Below, piece by piece: positions 26,174 through 38,983 of a DNA stretch of 64,000 nucleotides. Numbering within the stretch: the first letter of the stretch is position 1; the number at the start of each line of letters is the position of its first letter. Where the stretch lies: assembly GCA_964188305.1 (NCBI GenBank), contig OZ076885.1; one strand, given 5' to 3'. The notes under the pieces were generated by a model. The model had not been told where the DNA came from. It ran no database searches and was given only the letters and a program-made list of their open reading frames with translations. The stretch comes from Podarcis bocagei (taxonomy: Eukaryota). The translations under genes and the position numbers were made by a program.

Positions 26174-27252
26174 TTTAGATGTTTTAACAAGTAGTACTGC
26201 CTCTGCTATCACTTCTGCTAGGTGGTTTTATAGCTTTTGAGCTGCTAGACCCAATTTAAGCTGCCAAACACTGCAATGGGAGATCAGAATAAGACCTACT
26301 GGATGGCAAAGCCCTACAAAAAGAGTAGAGGACAAGAATAAACTTTTTTCCAAAAGTCTTTCACATAAAATAAAGTTTGCAAAGAGGCTGTGGAGTGGCA
26401 AATTGGATAAATCAATTAGGTGATGAGATATGTTTAATCACTGCTCTAACACGACACCATAGTAATTTGGAATAGAAGCCACCAAAATGACCATACCAAA
26501 AGCCATCAGAATCATTAGAGTTACATTGGCCATTTGGAAGTACTAAAGCACTTACAATAAATCACTTTTACAGTTTTTATTTAAAAAAAGATAAGTTTTT
26601 GATTTGACAATGAACCCTGTGTTTGTGATTTAAATCTCTCCTCATTTCACAACAGACGCAAATTCTCTAGACTCTAGGCTCTTTGCAAATGAACAGAACA
26701 GCCATTAAGCTGACAGAATAGGCCACATGATTAAGCAAACTTCTCTCTTTCTGCAGAAATCTACATAGAAGCAGCAAAACCAGAGCCAAAGACTTAATGA
26801 TGAGGCAGCTTTTGCTGTTCTCTGCTTCTTGCACAATGTAATTTGCATGATGATAGGCTAATGTTTTCTATAAAGAGATGATGGGCAAGGGAATCAGGCC
26901 AAAATAAAGGGATTGAACTATATGATGTTGATGTTTGACCTAAACATTCTATAATAGTAATACTCTTTAAACATGTAAGTGCCATACTGTGGGCGAGTTT
27001 CAGTGAATGAGACCTATTAGCAGGATCCCTGCACAAACACTTCCACTTTGCAATGGGGCGCCCTGCTCCCAGCTACTCCCCCTGTGTTGCCCCCAAAATT
27101 GGCTCAGGGGTGGGGGGTTGTGCTGTGGGGGGAGAGAGGATCATTCTGCCTGGCAAGCTGAAATATTTGTCCTTTCAGAACCATCACCTTAACACAATGT
27201 TGAAATCCTCCCCGTGGAAAACTTGCCCTTGTTTATTAGCAGCACAAAAGTA

Positions 27253-27543
27253 AATCCCCTTGACGGGGTGAACTCCCATTGCTCGGTCCCTGCTCCTGCC
27301 AGCCTAGCAGTTCAAAAGCACATCAAAGTGCAAGTAGATAAATAGGTACCGCTCCAGTGGGAAGGCAAACGGCGTTTCAGTGCGCTGCTCTGGTTCGCCA
27401 GAAATGGCTTAGTCATGCTGGCCACATGACCCAGAAGCTATACGCCGGCTCCCTCGTCCAATAAAGCGAGATGAGCACCACAACCCCAGAGTTGTCCGCG
27501 ACTGGACCTAATGGTCAGGGGTCCCTTTACCTTTACATTTACC
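27253..27543 (+). mobile_element. Sauria SINE, 5'-truncated
   Basis: aatccccttgacggggtgaactcccattgctcggtccc...ggggtccctttacctttac. Confidence 0.9.
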
Positions 27544-29935
27544 ATGCATGCGGTCTTAAAGATGTTTACAAGTGTCCGGGCTGGTGCAGGACATTTTGAT
27601 TCATGAGGCAAGGAACAACCAGATGCCATTCCCTCTTTCTATGTAGTACAGAAGCTGACTGGGCTGGCAGTCATTTTTTATTTCAACAAGCGGCTCATGT
27701 AGTATCCTCTGTGGCTGAGTCTAATGATAGAGCTAGTCCTGACAGGAGTTTAAGGTCAGAGGTCTTCTTTCTGCAACAGAGTTTTATTTCCTCTCCCCAT
27801 GACTCCCAACTTTCTCTCACTGTCTGCTGCTGCCCCTGGACCTATGCCTCTCTTTTCATTTTATTTCCCATGTTCTTATGAAACAGACATTTGCCCCTCA
27901 GTGCTTTTATTCTCAGGCTCTTGCAAAAGCTGCCACTAGACATCAGGATGTGCACATATTTTTTTCTGCCTTTGCCTTTGCATCCCCTGTTCATTAGCAA
28001 GACATCACAGAAGTCAACTAACACTTACCTGGGGATAAGGTCCATTGAACTCAGTGGATCTTTTTCTTAGGAGATATGCATGGGGCTTGTTTTCAGTTTA
28101 AGCCCTGTTGCTTTTGCAAGACTGGTTATTTGTTTTGTTTGTTTGGTGGGAATCAGGAAGAGAATGATTGCTGCAGCATCTCCATATATTTGATGGCATC
28201 ACAGCCACTGACTGAAAAATTAATCATTGTTGGTTAGCACCAATAACTGGCTGGATCCACTAGTGAGATGCTAATCAGCTTGAATTCATTATCAAGGGAA
28301 ATGCTGCTGTGGACTGTTTGCAAACTAGTTGTTCATTATTAATCATGTTTATCTACTATTCCTTTTACAATTTATTGTCTGTTTACAAAATATAAGCCAC
28401 GCAGCACTCAAAGGCCTTTTATAGAGATGGAAGTGAAAAGGTTGGGAAGAAACCCTCTTCCAAAAGTCATTACAGTTAAGTGTAAAGGACTGCCCAGCTG
28501 TTGGAATTGTTACTGACAACTGGGGCCCTCTCACTAGTCCTGTTTGTATGCCCTGAGAAAGTTCTGTGTAGCACACTCAGTTTATGGAGTGATATTATAG
28601 CGATTACAACCATTATTTAGAAACTTGCAGGTTAAAAAAATTGTTCAGATTTTAAAAATGCTATTTTGGATGAATATGTGAAAATTCAGCAGTGCATATC
28701 TCTTCCCAGCCCTTTTAATGAGAAGTAACTGTGGTTTGTATCCAGTTGTATCCCTCTGCTGATGGAAAACTTCCAATAATGGAAGGATGTAATTGGATAG
28801 TATCTTCCATTCTTCAGATCTGTGTGAGATTTCCCACCATTCCCCTCCTGCATCTTTCACTCCCTAACCTTCAGCTAAACAACTTTATGCATTCAATTCC
28901 TTAACCAACATGATCTGCTATGCTGTGGTGATAAAGCTTAGGCCTTAACCATTCTGTAGGAAAGAAAGGTCACAGACAGTCCATTAAGTATTCGTCTGCT
29001 ATTTAGAATTGAGAAATGTATATAAGGTGCTACGTACTTGTCTAGACCTCTGGTTTTCAACTGATAGGTCAGGACACCCACTTCAAGGTCACAGCCTGAT
29101 CTAAGGTGGGTCACAATGGCAGCACTTCCACACACAAAAATGCATGCTTAAAAATTAAGAACTGGGTCTCCAAGTGCATGTTTGGGTTAAAGGTGTATGG
29201 AAAGGTTGAAGAGTCCTGTTCCAGAGGCCCTCCAGACACATGGTATCACATGGACTCACTGCAATGCTTCAGTGTGTACTTCTCCACCACTTCTTTCTCA
29301 ACTCAGTGCTGACCCAGACCCTGGTGATCTTCTCCATTCCTCCATGATTTGTGGAAACTAAGGGCTTGTTCACACTTACCTTTTGCCCTGCACTTTAAAG
29401 CTCTGTGTCCAACTGTTTGGTTTCACTTTTTCATTTTTTGTCCCCTGCCCCAGGAAAACCCAGCCTTTAATGCTAAATCGTAACAAACAGTAATTTGGGT
29501 TTTCTGCTGATTGCTGTTTGCTCCAATTCAGGGGTAAAGAGTGGGTTTTTCAGGGAGAAGCGCTGGGCACAAAAGAACATCTGGATGAGCCCTAAGTGCA
29601 GCTGGTGAAGCACCTGTTTTTGTCACAAAGTAGATCAATGCATGCCTGGGCAAAACAGGGTCCCATTTTAGCTTTTAGCTTTAGCGAGATGAGAAAGTTG
29701 CCTTGCCTGTCATTTGGACCAGGTAGGTTATGAATTGGATAGGAACCTTCCTACCAGAAATCAAGCCATGTAGGACCTGATAAAAAGAGCATTTCAAACA
29801 TCTTCTTCCATTTAATAAGTTCACATTCAGAACCCATGGGTTTTTTTTAAATTTTTATTTACAAATTATTTGCTCGTTAGAAAACCTGCATATAAGCAGA
29901 AATCATGTACTGATTTTGTTTTCCTTTGCTTTCAG

Positions 29936-29982
29936 ATTAAAGATATGGGGGGAAAGCCATCAGAAGGCATGTCTGCTGTGAG
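29936..29982 (+). CDS. SLC15A2: SLC15A2 exon (17)
   Basis: tttcag|...|gtgtga; IKDMGGKPSEGMSAV(R); phase matches the neighbouring exons. Confidence 0.9.
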
Positions 29983-30781
29983 GTGTGAACTGGATTTGGG
30001 TGACCTGTTTCTTTGCTGCTCTAATTCCATGCTTTGACAGAAGCCGTTAACACAGGCTCAGCCAGAGCTTGGGCCTCATCAGTGTGTTTCAAATGAAAGC
30101 TGTACTATATGGCAATTATGCTTGCTATGGCTGCACCCAGTGAGAGTGTAAAGGTAGGAAGTAGTAGGAAGAGTCTATTATCACTAAGCAGTGACCAAAG
30201 AAGAGGAGAACTTTAGCAGTAGGAAATGCAAGGTGATGGTGGAGGCAGGGAAGTCAAATGGTGCAGATATGCAGCTGCTGATTGGTTAGGAACAACCACT
30301 GCAGCAGTTCCCACTGAGCACTCTGAAGCAGCCACATCACACACATCTATACAACGCTGAATTCAGTTGGCTACTTGCAGCTGCTTCTCTCCACCCAGGG
30401 AAAGGGTGCTGTGTTTTCTCTGCATTTTGCAAAGCGTTTGGACAAGATGCCTTCAGTGGGTCACCTTCCCAAGTGGGTCAGTCAATCGCCATTTCCCTCT
30501 GGTCCCAATCCATTGTGCTCTCCAGAAGCAGAGGGAGTCTGCAGCTCTTGACAAGTGTTTAGCAAGTGTTTAGTGTTTAGTGTTTAGCAATTCATGTCTC
30601 CCATGCCAGATTCCCCCTGTTTCATGTGGCACACACAGTTTTGATGTTGCTGCAGCAAACATGATTGCCATGCAAACTGTGAAGAGGCTCAGAGAGACAG
30701 CTGCACTAGTCAGATATTCTGGTTCAGTCTTGTAAGCTACCCAGAGTGGCTGGGGAAACCCAGCCAGATGGGTGGGGTATC

Positions 30782-30827
<46 letters not shown>
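30782..30827. repeat. (AGT)n microsatellite, probably the tail of an L2-like 3' end at ~30730-30780
   Basis: Direct reading; preceded by gtaagctacccagagtggctgggg...gggtggggtat. Confidence 0.8.
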
Positions 30828-32799
30828 TAGCAGTAATACAGTTCATGAATCCACCATGCAAGCCCGAATGACATTAGAAATGCTTCCTTCAGAGTGGCCC
30901 AAGATTGAAATGTGGGTGAAGGGGAGTGACCTTATGTGAAGGATGGGAAACCATTTTGGTATCAGTGAACTGCAACTCCCATAATCCTTGACTTTTGGCC
31001 ATGTTGGCTGGGGCTCATGAGAGTTGACAGGGGAGGGGAACCTGTGTCCCTCCACACAGAACTTACTGGGTTTTAACTCCAATCATCCCTGACAACTTGG
31101 TTGGGGCCAGTGGGAGTTGGAGTCTCCAACAACATCCGAAAGCCCAGCCCCCACCCCGCCTTACGCCACCAAAATAATGTTCTAAAGAAGGAAATGCAAG
31201 TTTGCCATATTGCTTATACATGTTCCTTATTTTATTCTTATTCCTGTAATGTGTCTTGCTTTTAAACTGATTAACTGAAGATAATTCTGAGAGTATTAAT
31301 AAAGGAAAGAGCACCCCTTCCATCTGAATAACAATTCACATAATTCATTGGGAAAGTCATCTGTAAAACCTTACTTGAGTGGAGACTTCTACACAGTTTG
31401 CTTATTACAAATGTTGTTTCTGTTGAACACTCTTTGGAAGGGAAAATACGTCTTTTAAATTACAACCTCTGTTAAAGCCTGTGATTAATGAATTAATCAA
31501 TTGCAATAATTAATTCCATTTTTTCTCTTATCCTAATTATTGTAGTGTTGCAGTCCACTGCCCACCTCTAGGGATCAGAGCCTCCTTCATTCTGCAGAAA
31601 GCAGCGGGTGGGGTGGGTGGAATCCCAGATAGTTCAGATCTGTAGCCATTAGACCGTAATGTTTTTTCTTTCTTTGCATTGTGCAAGGAGTGGAAACAGT
31701 CTACACTGTGCTTACCTAAAAGGAGCAGGGAACAACTCACTTGGTTTACATGGTTGCTGATGCTCATTCGGTTCTAGTCCTTAGCTGCAAGGAAAATGGG
31801 AAATATATGGAAAGAAACGTACCATTTTGCATGAGACTGGACAGATCTATTCGGCTTATTTAGGACTTGGAACACTGTAAAGTTTATGGGGAAACTAAAT
31901 CTTCATTGTTGAGTTTAACCCCACTTTGGAGATCTGGCACTGTACCCAGTGCTGGTGTTCCAGCCACATAGCAGACTTAGACTTGCACTTCAAAACTTTC
32001 CCCTCCTCTCACCTGTGCAACCTCAGAATCTGCTTTAGAGGGCTGAGGAACCTTGTGGAGTAGATTTTGGGGGTGTAGAAGGAGGGGAGGAAAAGGGGCT
32101 GTGCAGTTGGATTTGACTGGACTGGATTGGATACAACCAATGGATTCCAGGTCAGGAGTATGTAAGGAATTACAATATGCCATTCAGGCGTTCTGTTAAA
32201 GTTTGGGTGAATAATATGAGGAGGGTGAGGGTGTGCTACCCTCACCCACAATGTCCCTGTTGGCTTCACCCTCAACATTTCCACGTTTACAGGAACTCCT
32301 CCCCACAATTGGGAACCCTACAAAGTCCTTTAATTGACAAAGCCAGACCAAACCTGGGAACTTTAGCATACAAGTATGTGCTGTGCCATAGAACCAGCAA
32401 ATGTTCATAAACTGTGCTGAGCTGGGATTTATCCAAAATGTTCTCACAGTTTCTCTACCCTCCAAGATGAAATATTTAAAATATAATGGGATCCATTTCA
32501 CCCTCCCAAAGACATATTCACCCTGTCTTGTTCATAGAGCATTCTATTTAAATTGCTAGCAAAATTAAGCCAGCACAAAAAGAAATAGATAGAATTTCAG
32601 GAGGGAGGTCACTGGAAATCATAATGCAGGTTTGTGTTTCCTACCAATGTTAGAAATTCCATTCTGATTTGTTGAAGGAAGGTCTCTTTCAAATCAGCAG
32701 ATGTCAGGCTTGCACAGTTAGTAACTCAAGCCAAATGCAGCCATGTATGGTGGCTCACCAGGGTCACAGCGAACCTCCTGTTCTGCTACCTGCCTACAT

Positions 32800-33092
32800 A
32801 AGAAAAGATTAAGGGAAGATATGGTAGCAGTCTCTCCAGGAATGTGAAGGGATGTCAGGCAGAAGATGTTCTCATTGCCCCACTAGAACCAGTGGGTGGC
32901 AATTTGCAGGGAAACAACACTCTTGGCTGTTAGGAAAACCCTGCTAATTGTAAGAGTTGTGCAAACCATGCAAAAGGCTGCCCTTCACTAGATGTATTTA
33001 AGCAGGAGGTAGCCCACTGCCAGAGATGCACTGAAGGTTCTGTATTGAACAGGAGTTGCACCAGGTGACCTTCAAGGTCCCTTTCACCTCTG
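32800..33092 (+). mobile_element. Old CR1/L3 LINE 3' fragment
   Basis: taggaaaaccctgctaattgtaagagttgt...ggtgaccttcaaggtccctttcacctc, a CR1-type terminus. Confidence 0.6.
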
Positions 33093-33782
33093 TTGACTGC
33101 AAAACAGAGTAGATTGTCAAGGACCTGGTGGGCTATGCTCAGCTTGGCCAGTCATGAGTTGTGCAGGTCTGATATAGTTGCATAACAATTGTTGTTCAGC
33201 ATCCTGTTTTAGACAGATGTTTGGGCAGACGCCTTGCTGAGAATCACAAGCATCAGAGCTTACTAGCCACCCCCTGCTGTACATCCTCTGCCTGGAGCCA
33301 TAGTGATGCCCCTGAACTCTGAGATTTTGTTATTTTTCATTCTGAAATAAGTAATCATACAACTCTGGAACTTACCCAGTGCCTTCTGAAAAACATAGTC
33401 TTTGCCTAATATAGCCAATAGGAAATTGTTCTTTCTGGAGTAGTATCATGAAGGAGAGTAATGTTTAGCACCCTTGACTAAGGTTTCCATCCCCCCTCAG
33501 CCACCCATCCCACTGAGTTTCTTGGATAGAATTACCCACACAAATCATTTTATTTCCTCTAGAAAGGAAAAGGGCATCATTGCATTGTCTCAAGGGGTTA
33601 AATATATAGGGATACAGTAATCTGTGATTAATTGGTAGTATTTCTGGTGGCAAGACTATCATAAAAATTAAGAGATAGATGAAGCCCCCTTTAAAAAGAG
33701 ATTGCATGCCTCCAGTGAAATATCTGATGCTTTCTTTCGCTTTATTCACTTTCTGTCATGATGAAATCAAGTTTCCTTTCAG

Positions 33783-33893
33783 ATTCATTAATTCTTTGGA
33801 CCTGGATGTCAACATCACTCTTGGCAATGAGGATTTTGTCAGTATTAACAAAAGTTATGGTGTTTCAAGCTACAGGACCCTGGCAAGGGGAAG
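33783..33893 (+). CDS. SLC15A2: SLC15A2 exon (18)
   Basis: tttcag|...|gtgaga; FINSLDLDVNITLGNEDFVSINKSYGVSSYRTLARG(R). Confidence 0.93.
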
Positions 33894-34364
33894 GTGAGAT
33901 GCTGTCAACATTTCCATGCTCTGAGCTAGCACCCATTTCTCTTTGGGGGCTCTCTGTGATATCTCTGGGTCAGTTCACTAGAAATTTGGCTCTTTCTTGT
34001 TATTATAAGGTATGGTTCTGGTCTAGTTTCCCCATGAATATCTTCCAAATACCTTTCCATCTAAATAATCCGATGAAGAGAAGTGCACAGTGGGAATGTT
34101 CTGGGCTAGGCAGCTCAGTGGATAGCCTACGCTCCAAGAAGCAAACAAGAACAACAACAAAGCTCCACTGAGTTTAGGAATGAAGCTCACATAGAGCTTT
34201 CTCAGCTTGAAATGACTACATGGAATATCCATAAGTGATCATGTAGATGTATGATGGGATTAAGCACTACCAGTCCAAGGCAGGCATCACAGTTTCCCAC
34301 ATAGTCCATAACAAGGAAATTCAGCATTGTTAGAACTGACAGTTCTGATCCTTACTTGACAGCA

Positions 34365-34545
34365 AGGAAGGACCATGTAGTACAGCTCATGCTCTGCAGG
34401 CAGAAAGTCCAAGGTTCAACTCCTGGCATTTGCAGTTTAGAAGTTCAGGTAACAGGTAATGTGAAGGACCTCTGACTGAAACCCTAGAAAGCCATTGCCA
34501 GTCAGAGTGAACAATACTGGGCCTGATAAACAAATGATGTGTATT
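34365..34545 (+). mobile_element. Squam3-like tRNA SINE
   Basis: cagaaagtccaaggttcaactcctggcatt...ctgaaaccctagaaagccattgccagtcagagtgaacaatactg. Confidence 0.7.
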
Positions 34546-34561
34546 AATCCTTCTAGTGCAG

Positions 34562-34700
34562 CTAGCAGGAGCCCTCCAAGCTCTCACACGGGTCTTTAAC
34601 AGCTTTGCTCTCAGAGATCTTTTAACAGGAGGTTCCCAGGATTGAACCTGTGACCTTTTGCCTACAAGGCAGATGCTCTTTCACTAAGCTGTGGTCTCTT
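34562..34700 (-). mobile_element. Squam3-like tRNA SINE (inverted relative to its neighbour)
   Basis: Reverse complement has a tRNA head gaccacagcttagtgaaagagcatctgcc...ggttcaatcctggg. Confidence 0.65.
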
Positions 34701-34914
34701 TTTAAGAAAGGCATGTTCATTTTGCATCTTCTCTTGCTCCTGAGTAAATTAGTATGTGTGAAAAAGATGAGTACAAAAGGTTATTCTTCTTCCCAGTCCT
34801 TATGGTTGGTAAGCCTTGCTGAAATTAGTAAAACCAAACCAGGCATCTGGCAAATCCGAATTGCTTCTCTGCAATTTTGCCTACCTGCACACGCAGAACA
34901 GGGCCTAAGATGTA

Positions 34915-34982
34915 TCTTCTTCTTCTTCTTCTTCTTCTTCTTCTTCTTCTTCTTCTTCTTCTTCTTCTTCTTCTTCTTCTTC
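34915..34982. repeat. (TCT)n microsatellite (~22 units)
   Basis: Direct reading; explains the poly-F and poly-K ORFs. Confidence 0.95.
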
Positions 34983-35274
34983 CCCCCTGTCTTTAAAGAA
35001 AACCAGAGCTGGAAAATAAAGCAATTTACTGTACAATGCAAAATAAATGCACAATTGTTTTTGATCAGTGCCCTTCTTCAGCTGTCCCTAAAACAATAGC
35101 TGTGAATATTAAAATGCTAATAACACACTGTACTGTACTTAACACAGAACCAGAAACATGGGTTATACAATGCCCTCAATCAGCTTGAAGGATCTTGTTA
35201 ATGGCTACACCTTGTGCTTTTCAGTCATGAGTGGCTAACCAGGAACTATTGTGTTCCCTCTTTGTCATATCAAG

Positions 35275-35371
35275 ATACAACAATGTCAAATGCAGAGTGG
35301 GAGCAGAAGAATTCATCCTGCACCTGGGCCTTCTTGATTTTGGAGCTGCATATACAGTTGTAATAACAAAC
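35275..35371 (+). CDS. SLC15A2: SLC15A2 exon (19)
   Basis: atcaag|...|gtaagt; YNNVKCRVGAEEFILHLGLLDFGAAYTVVITN. Confidence 0.93.
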
Positions 35372-35503
35372 GTAAGTTGCCCATTGACTCTTGCATGCCA
35401 TTTCCAGCCAAAGTTCAGCCACAGAAGTCAAGGCTAAGCCACATACATGTCTCCCACATTGACCTCAGTGGGTGTCTGGCTGAAATTCTATGTGGATTTA
35501 TTA

Positions 35504-35866
35504 GGGACGCGGGTGGTGCTGTGGTCTAAACCACTGAGCCTAGGGCTTGCCGATCAGAAGGTCGGTGGTTCGAATCCCCATGACGGAGTGAGCTCCCATT
35601 GTTCGGTCCCAGCTCCTGCCAACCTAGCAGTTCAAAACCACATCAAAGTGCAAATAGATAAATAGGTACCGCTCTGGCGGGAAGGTAAACGGCATTTCCA
35701 TGCGCTGTTCTGGTTTTGCCAGAAGCAGCTTAGTCATGCTGGCCACATGACCCTGAAGCTGTCTGCGGACAAACGCCGGCTCCCTCAGTCAGTAAAGCGA
35801 GATGAGTGCCGCAACCCCAGAGTCGTTCGTGACTGGACTTAACTGTGAGGGGTCCTTTACCTTTAC
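35504..35866 (+). mobile_element. Sauria SINE, full length
   Basis: gggacgcgggtggtgctgtggtctaaaccactgagcctaggg...ggttcgaatcccc...ggtcctttacctttac. Confidence 0.92.
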
Positions 35867-37719
35867 AATTCCTACTGAACAGAGTGAGATTTACTTCTGA
35901 GTAGACATGCATGGATTGCAGGTCTGGCATAGTCCTCGGCATGGTGCAGCAAATGCTGCTCACAGATGCCAATGGCAAAACTTTTTTTAAAAGGCCCTGT
36001 GCACATCAGGCAGCTGCAGCCTCTACTTAATTTCCTCAGACACCTCTGGATCATGACATAGGGCCCAGAGGCATTCTGGGAAAATTAAGATGGTGGCAGC
36101 TGCCTCAGTGTAGAAGAATTTTCCTTTGTCTGCCTAGAAACAAGCCCCATTGAACACTTTGTTACTTCCTTCTGAATAAATATGCATAGAATTTGTGATA
36201 AACACACTGATGAACTGATGGATGAATGAACAGACATATGAATGGATAGACACAGCCCAGCAGAAATTAAATTTTTGCTCTTAATTCTTGAGGGTCTGAC
36301 ATAGATTGTCCAGTTTTTTGTTTTTGTTTCATTACTGAATATTTAATACTTCACTATTTGTTATCTATAGCTCTATCAACTGTTTCTTGGGACACAATAT
36401 GAGACTGGCCAATCAGGAGCAGGAATTTCCAATACTCATTTATTCACCCCATGTCCACAATGAAAATCAATCCAGCAAAATACAATTTGTATCCACTATT
36501 GTTCTTGCTTTCATTTCAAAAATGATTTATTGATTAACACCACGCACGCACACACATGCATTTGCATTGGATTTTATTTGCATTGAAAATAATGGGGTGG
36601 AATAACATAGTGACAACATAACTTATACAACTTAATTATGTAAATTACGTTGGTTATGTAATTTTACTGCAGCAGAGAGTGAGACAAATGACAGTTTTTG
36701 ACAGAAGTTGAACTGCAGCAGAATGGAAACAGTGCTGCATGCAGTGAATACAGGGAGGAACAGAAAGCAATGCTTTCTTTCATCTCTACTGTGAACAAAA
36801 AAAGACAAGTAAAATTTATCACACATTCCAAGCAATGAAGTATACACATACGTATTCATCATTTCTATTGTGTGAATTAGTCTTTATCTGCAAGTAGTTA
36901 TGTTCTGGATTGGTAGAGTTGGTAGATGTGAAAGACCTGAAGTAAATGTAATTGCATTATACTGAGGAGTATGTATTGTGCATTTATGTACTGCAGTCAG
37001 AATAATGGGGGATCTAGATTTATAACAGTATGAACAATCAAGAGTTTAGCAGTATGCATCAGGATGGTAAAGAACTGCCACTGATAGCACTCAAGTCAAT
37101 CTGGCCTGTTTTGAATTTTCTGCTGGCAGTATCTCTTCTCATTATATACCTATTCTTCTTATTATTGACCAAGTGACTGATCTTCTCCAATCTGGCTGTT
37201 GCAATTAACAGTATGCTTTGTTCAGCTTCCAGATCTATTATGCTTTGTGGCATATGCATAAAGAAGCTAAATTATGCATATGGTGCTGCAATATGGCTGA
37301 ACTGCAGTATGTAAATAGCTAGGATCATTATCTTCTATGCCCAATCTTTTGTCAACATCAAACTTCTTTTGAAGGTGTTTGTGACATTTCTCCATAGTCC
37401 AATGAGTAATGCACACAATTACTGCTCACCCCTTTTAGCCTTCTAAAACAGGCCTTCTTGTTGTCTTTCCCTTTATGGTGATTAAATGCATCTCATAAAC
37501 AATTCCAGCACCTTCCCGGTAAAAGCAGAGTTTGCCGATGCTTTTAATGTGACTTTATTTCAGTCCATTGGCAGAGTTCACAGTTGTTTAGTGGGCCCAG
37601 GAGGAGAATGCTGCTTCAGTCTTCAAAAGAAAACCTTTCCTCTCCACACACACACACACCAACATAGATTCTGCATTAACATCACCTAATCATCATGACT
37701 TGTTTTCCTCCTAACTTAG

Positions 37720-37866
37720 ACTTCTACAAAATCCCTCCAAGCATGGAAGACAGAAGACATCTCAGCCAATAATGTCCATATTTCATGGCAGATTCCACAG
37801 TACCTGTTAATATCAGCTGGAGAAGTGATGTTTTCCATTACAGGCATTGCCTTCTCTTACTCCCAG
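37720..37866 (+). CDS. SLC15A2: SLC15A2 exon (20)
   Basis: acttag|...|gtaatg; TSTKSLQAWKTEDISANNVHISWQIPQYLLISAGEVMFSITGIAFSYSQ. Confidence 0.95.
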
Positions 37867-38159
37867 GTAATGTATGTAGAGCACAAAGAAGAAAATCAGA
37901 AATCTGAAGTGCTTAATGAGGAGAAGGGCAGGATAGAAAGCTGCACTGTGCCAGGTCTTCCAAAGGCTGAGAGAACAGAGAACAAGTTGCAAGTTTGGTG
38001 TAGACTTGCACCACAGTCCTGACCAAATTTACTGTGAATTTACTTGCAAGTAAAGTGTGCCTTGGACTGCAGTCCTGATCTATTAATATGTACATCTCTC
38101 TATTCTCCATCTCCTTGTGTGGACATGATGACTGAATGCAGTGACCAGAAGATCTGGCA

Positions 38160-38450
38160 CAATAAGAACATAAGATGTGCCCTGCTGGATCAGTCCAAAG
38201 GTGCATCGAGTTCAGCATCCTGTTCTCACAATGGTCTGTGGGAAGCCCACAAGCATGAAATGAGCATAATAGCCCTTTACTGATCATTATCCTCATCCAC
38301 TGGTATACAGGGGCACACTGCCTCCGAGACTGAAGGTAGTATATAGCCATTTTGACTATAGCCATATGAACTTGTCCCATATAACAGCCATCCAAGTTGG
38401 TTGCCATCACTACATCCCGTCATAACAAATTTCATAATTCTACTATAAAC
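38160..38450 (-). mobile_element. CR1 LINE 3' end
   Basis: taagaacataaga...cctgctggatcag...cagcatcctgttctcaca...catccaagttggttgccatcactaca; reverse complement of the 12380-type CR1 end. Confidence 0.75.
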
Positions 38451-38793
38451 TAGGTCAAATGGGTAGAAACTACAGCCCACACAAATACGGTACTATGGAA
38501 GCAATTACCCTCCTGTATTAAAGGTTCCAGGAGTAAATGGAAACATTTGCTTTGGCTATCACAATATAATATTGATGTTTTAAAATTTATTAGGTGATGG
38601 GGGGAAACTAGTATATAAAGTAATCCTGAGTAATCCTTTTAAAACTTAAGGTCTAGAAACATATTAGGTTTATAGCAATATGGGACAGAATATAATTGGG
38701 AGCAGTGTTAGCTTCAGTCATGTGCGCTCTCTCTCTCTCTCTCGTTTCTTTTGTATTGTGCTGACAGATTAGTTCTTATTTGTGTGCAATGAG

Positions 38794-38983
38794 GAGGGGC
38801 CATTGTTCAGTAGCAGAGCACATGCCTTGCATGCAGAAGGCCTCCTGGTCTGTCCAATTTTTTTTTTAAAGGATCAGATTGCTGGTGATAAGGGAAAATC
38901 CCTGCCTGACACCCTGGAGAGATTCTGTCAATCAGAGCAAAAACACTAAGATAAGCAAACCTGGTATAAGGCAGCTTCCTATG
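38794..38983 (+). mobile_element. Squam3-like tRNA SINE
   Basis: ggggccattgttcagtagcagagcacatgccttgcatgcagaagg...tataaggcagcttcctatg. Confidence 0.7.

Noticed and set aside
34650-35099. 149-aa ORF with poly-Phe and the opposite poly-Lys ORF
   Set aside because: Produced by the (TCT)n microsatellite.
37701-37719. tcctcctaacttag resembles a U12-type branch site close to the acceptor
   Set aside because: The intron's donor is gtaagttg (U2 type), not GTATCCTT/ATATCCTT, and the motif is too close to the AG.
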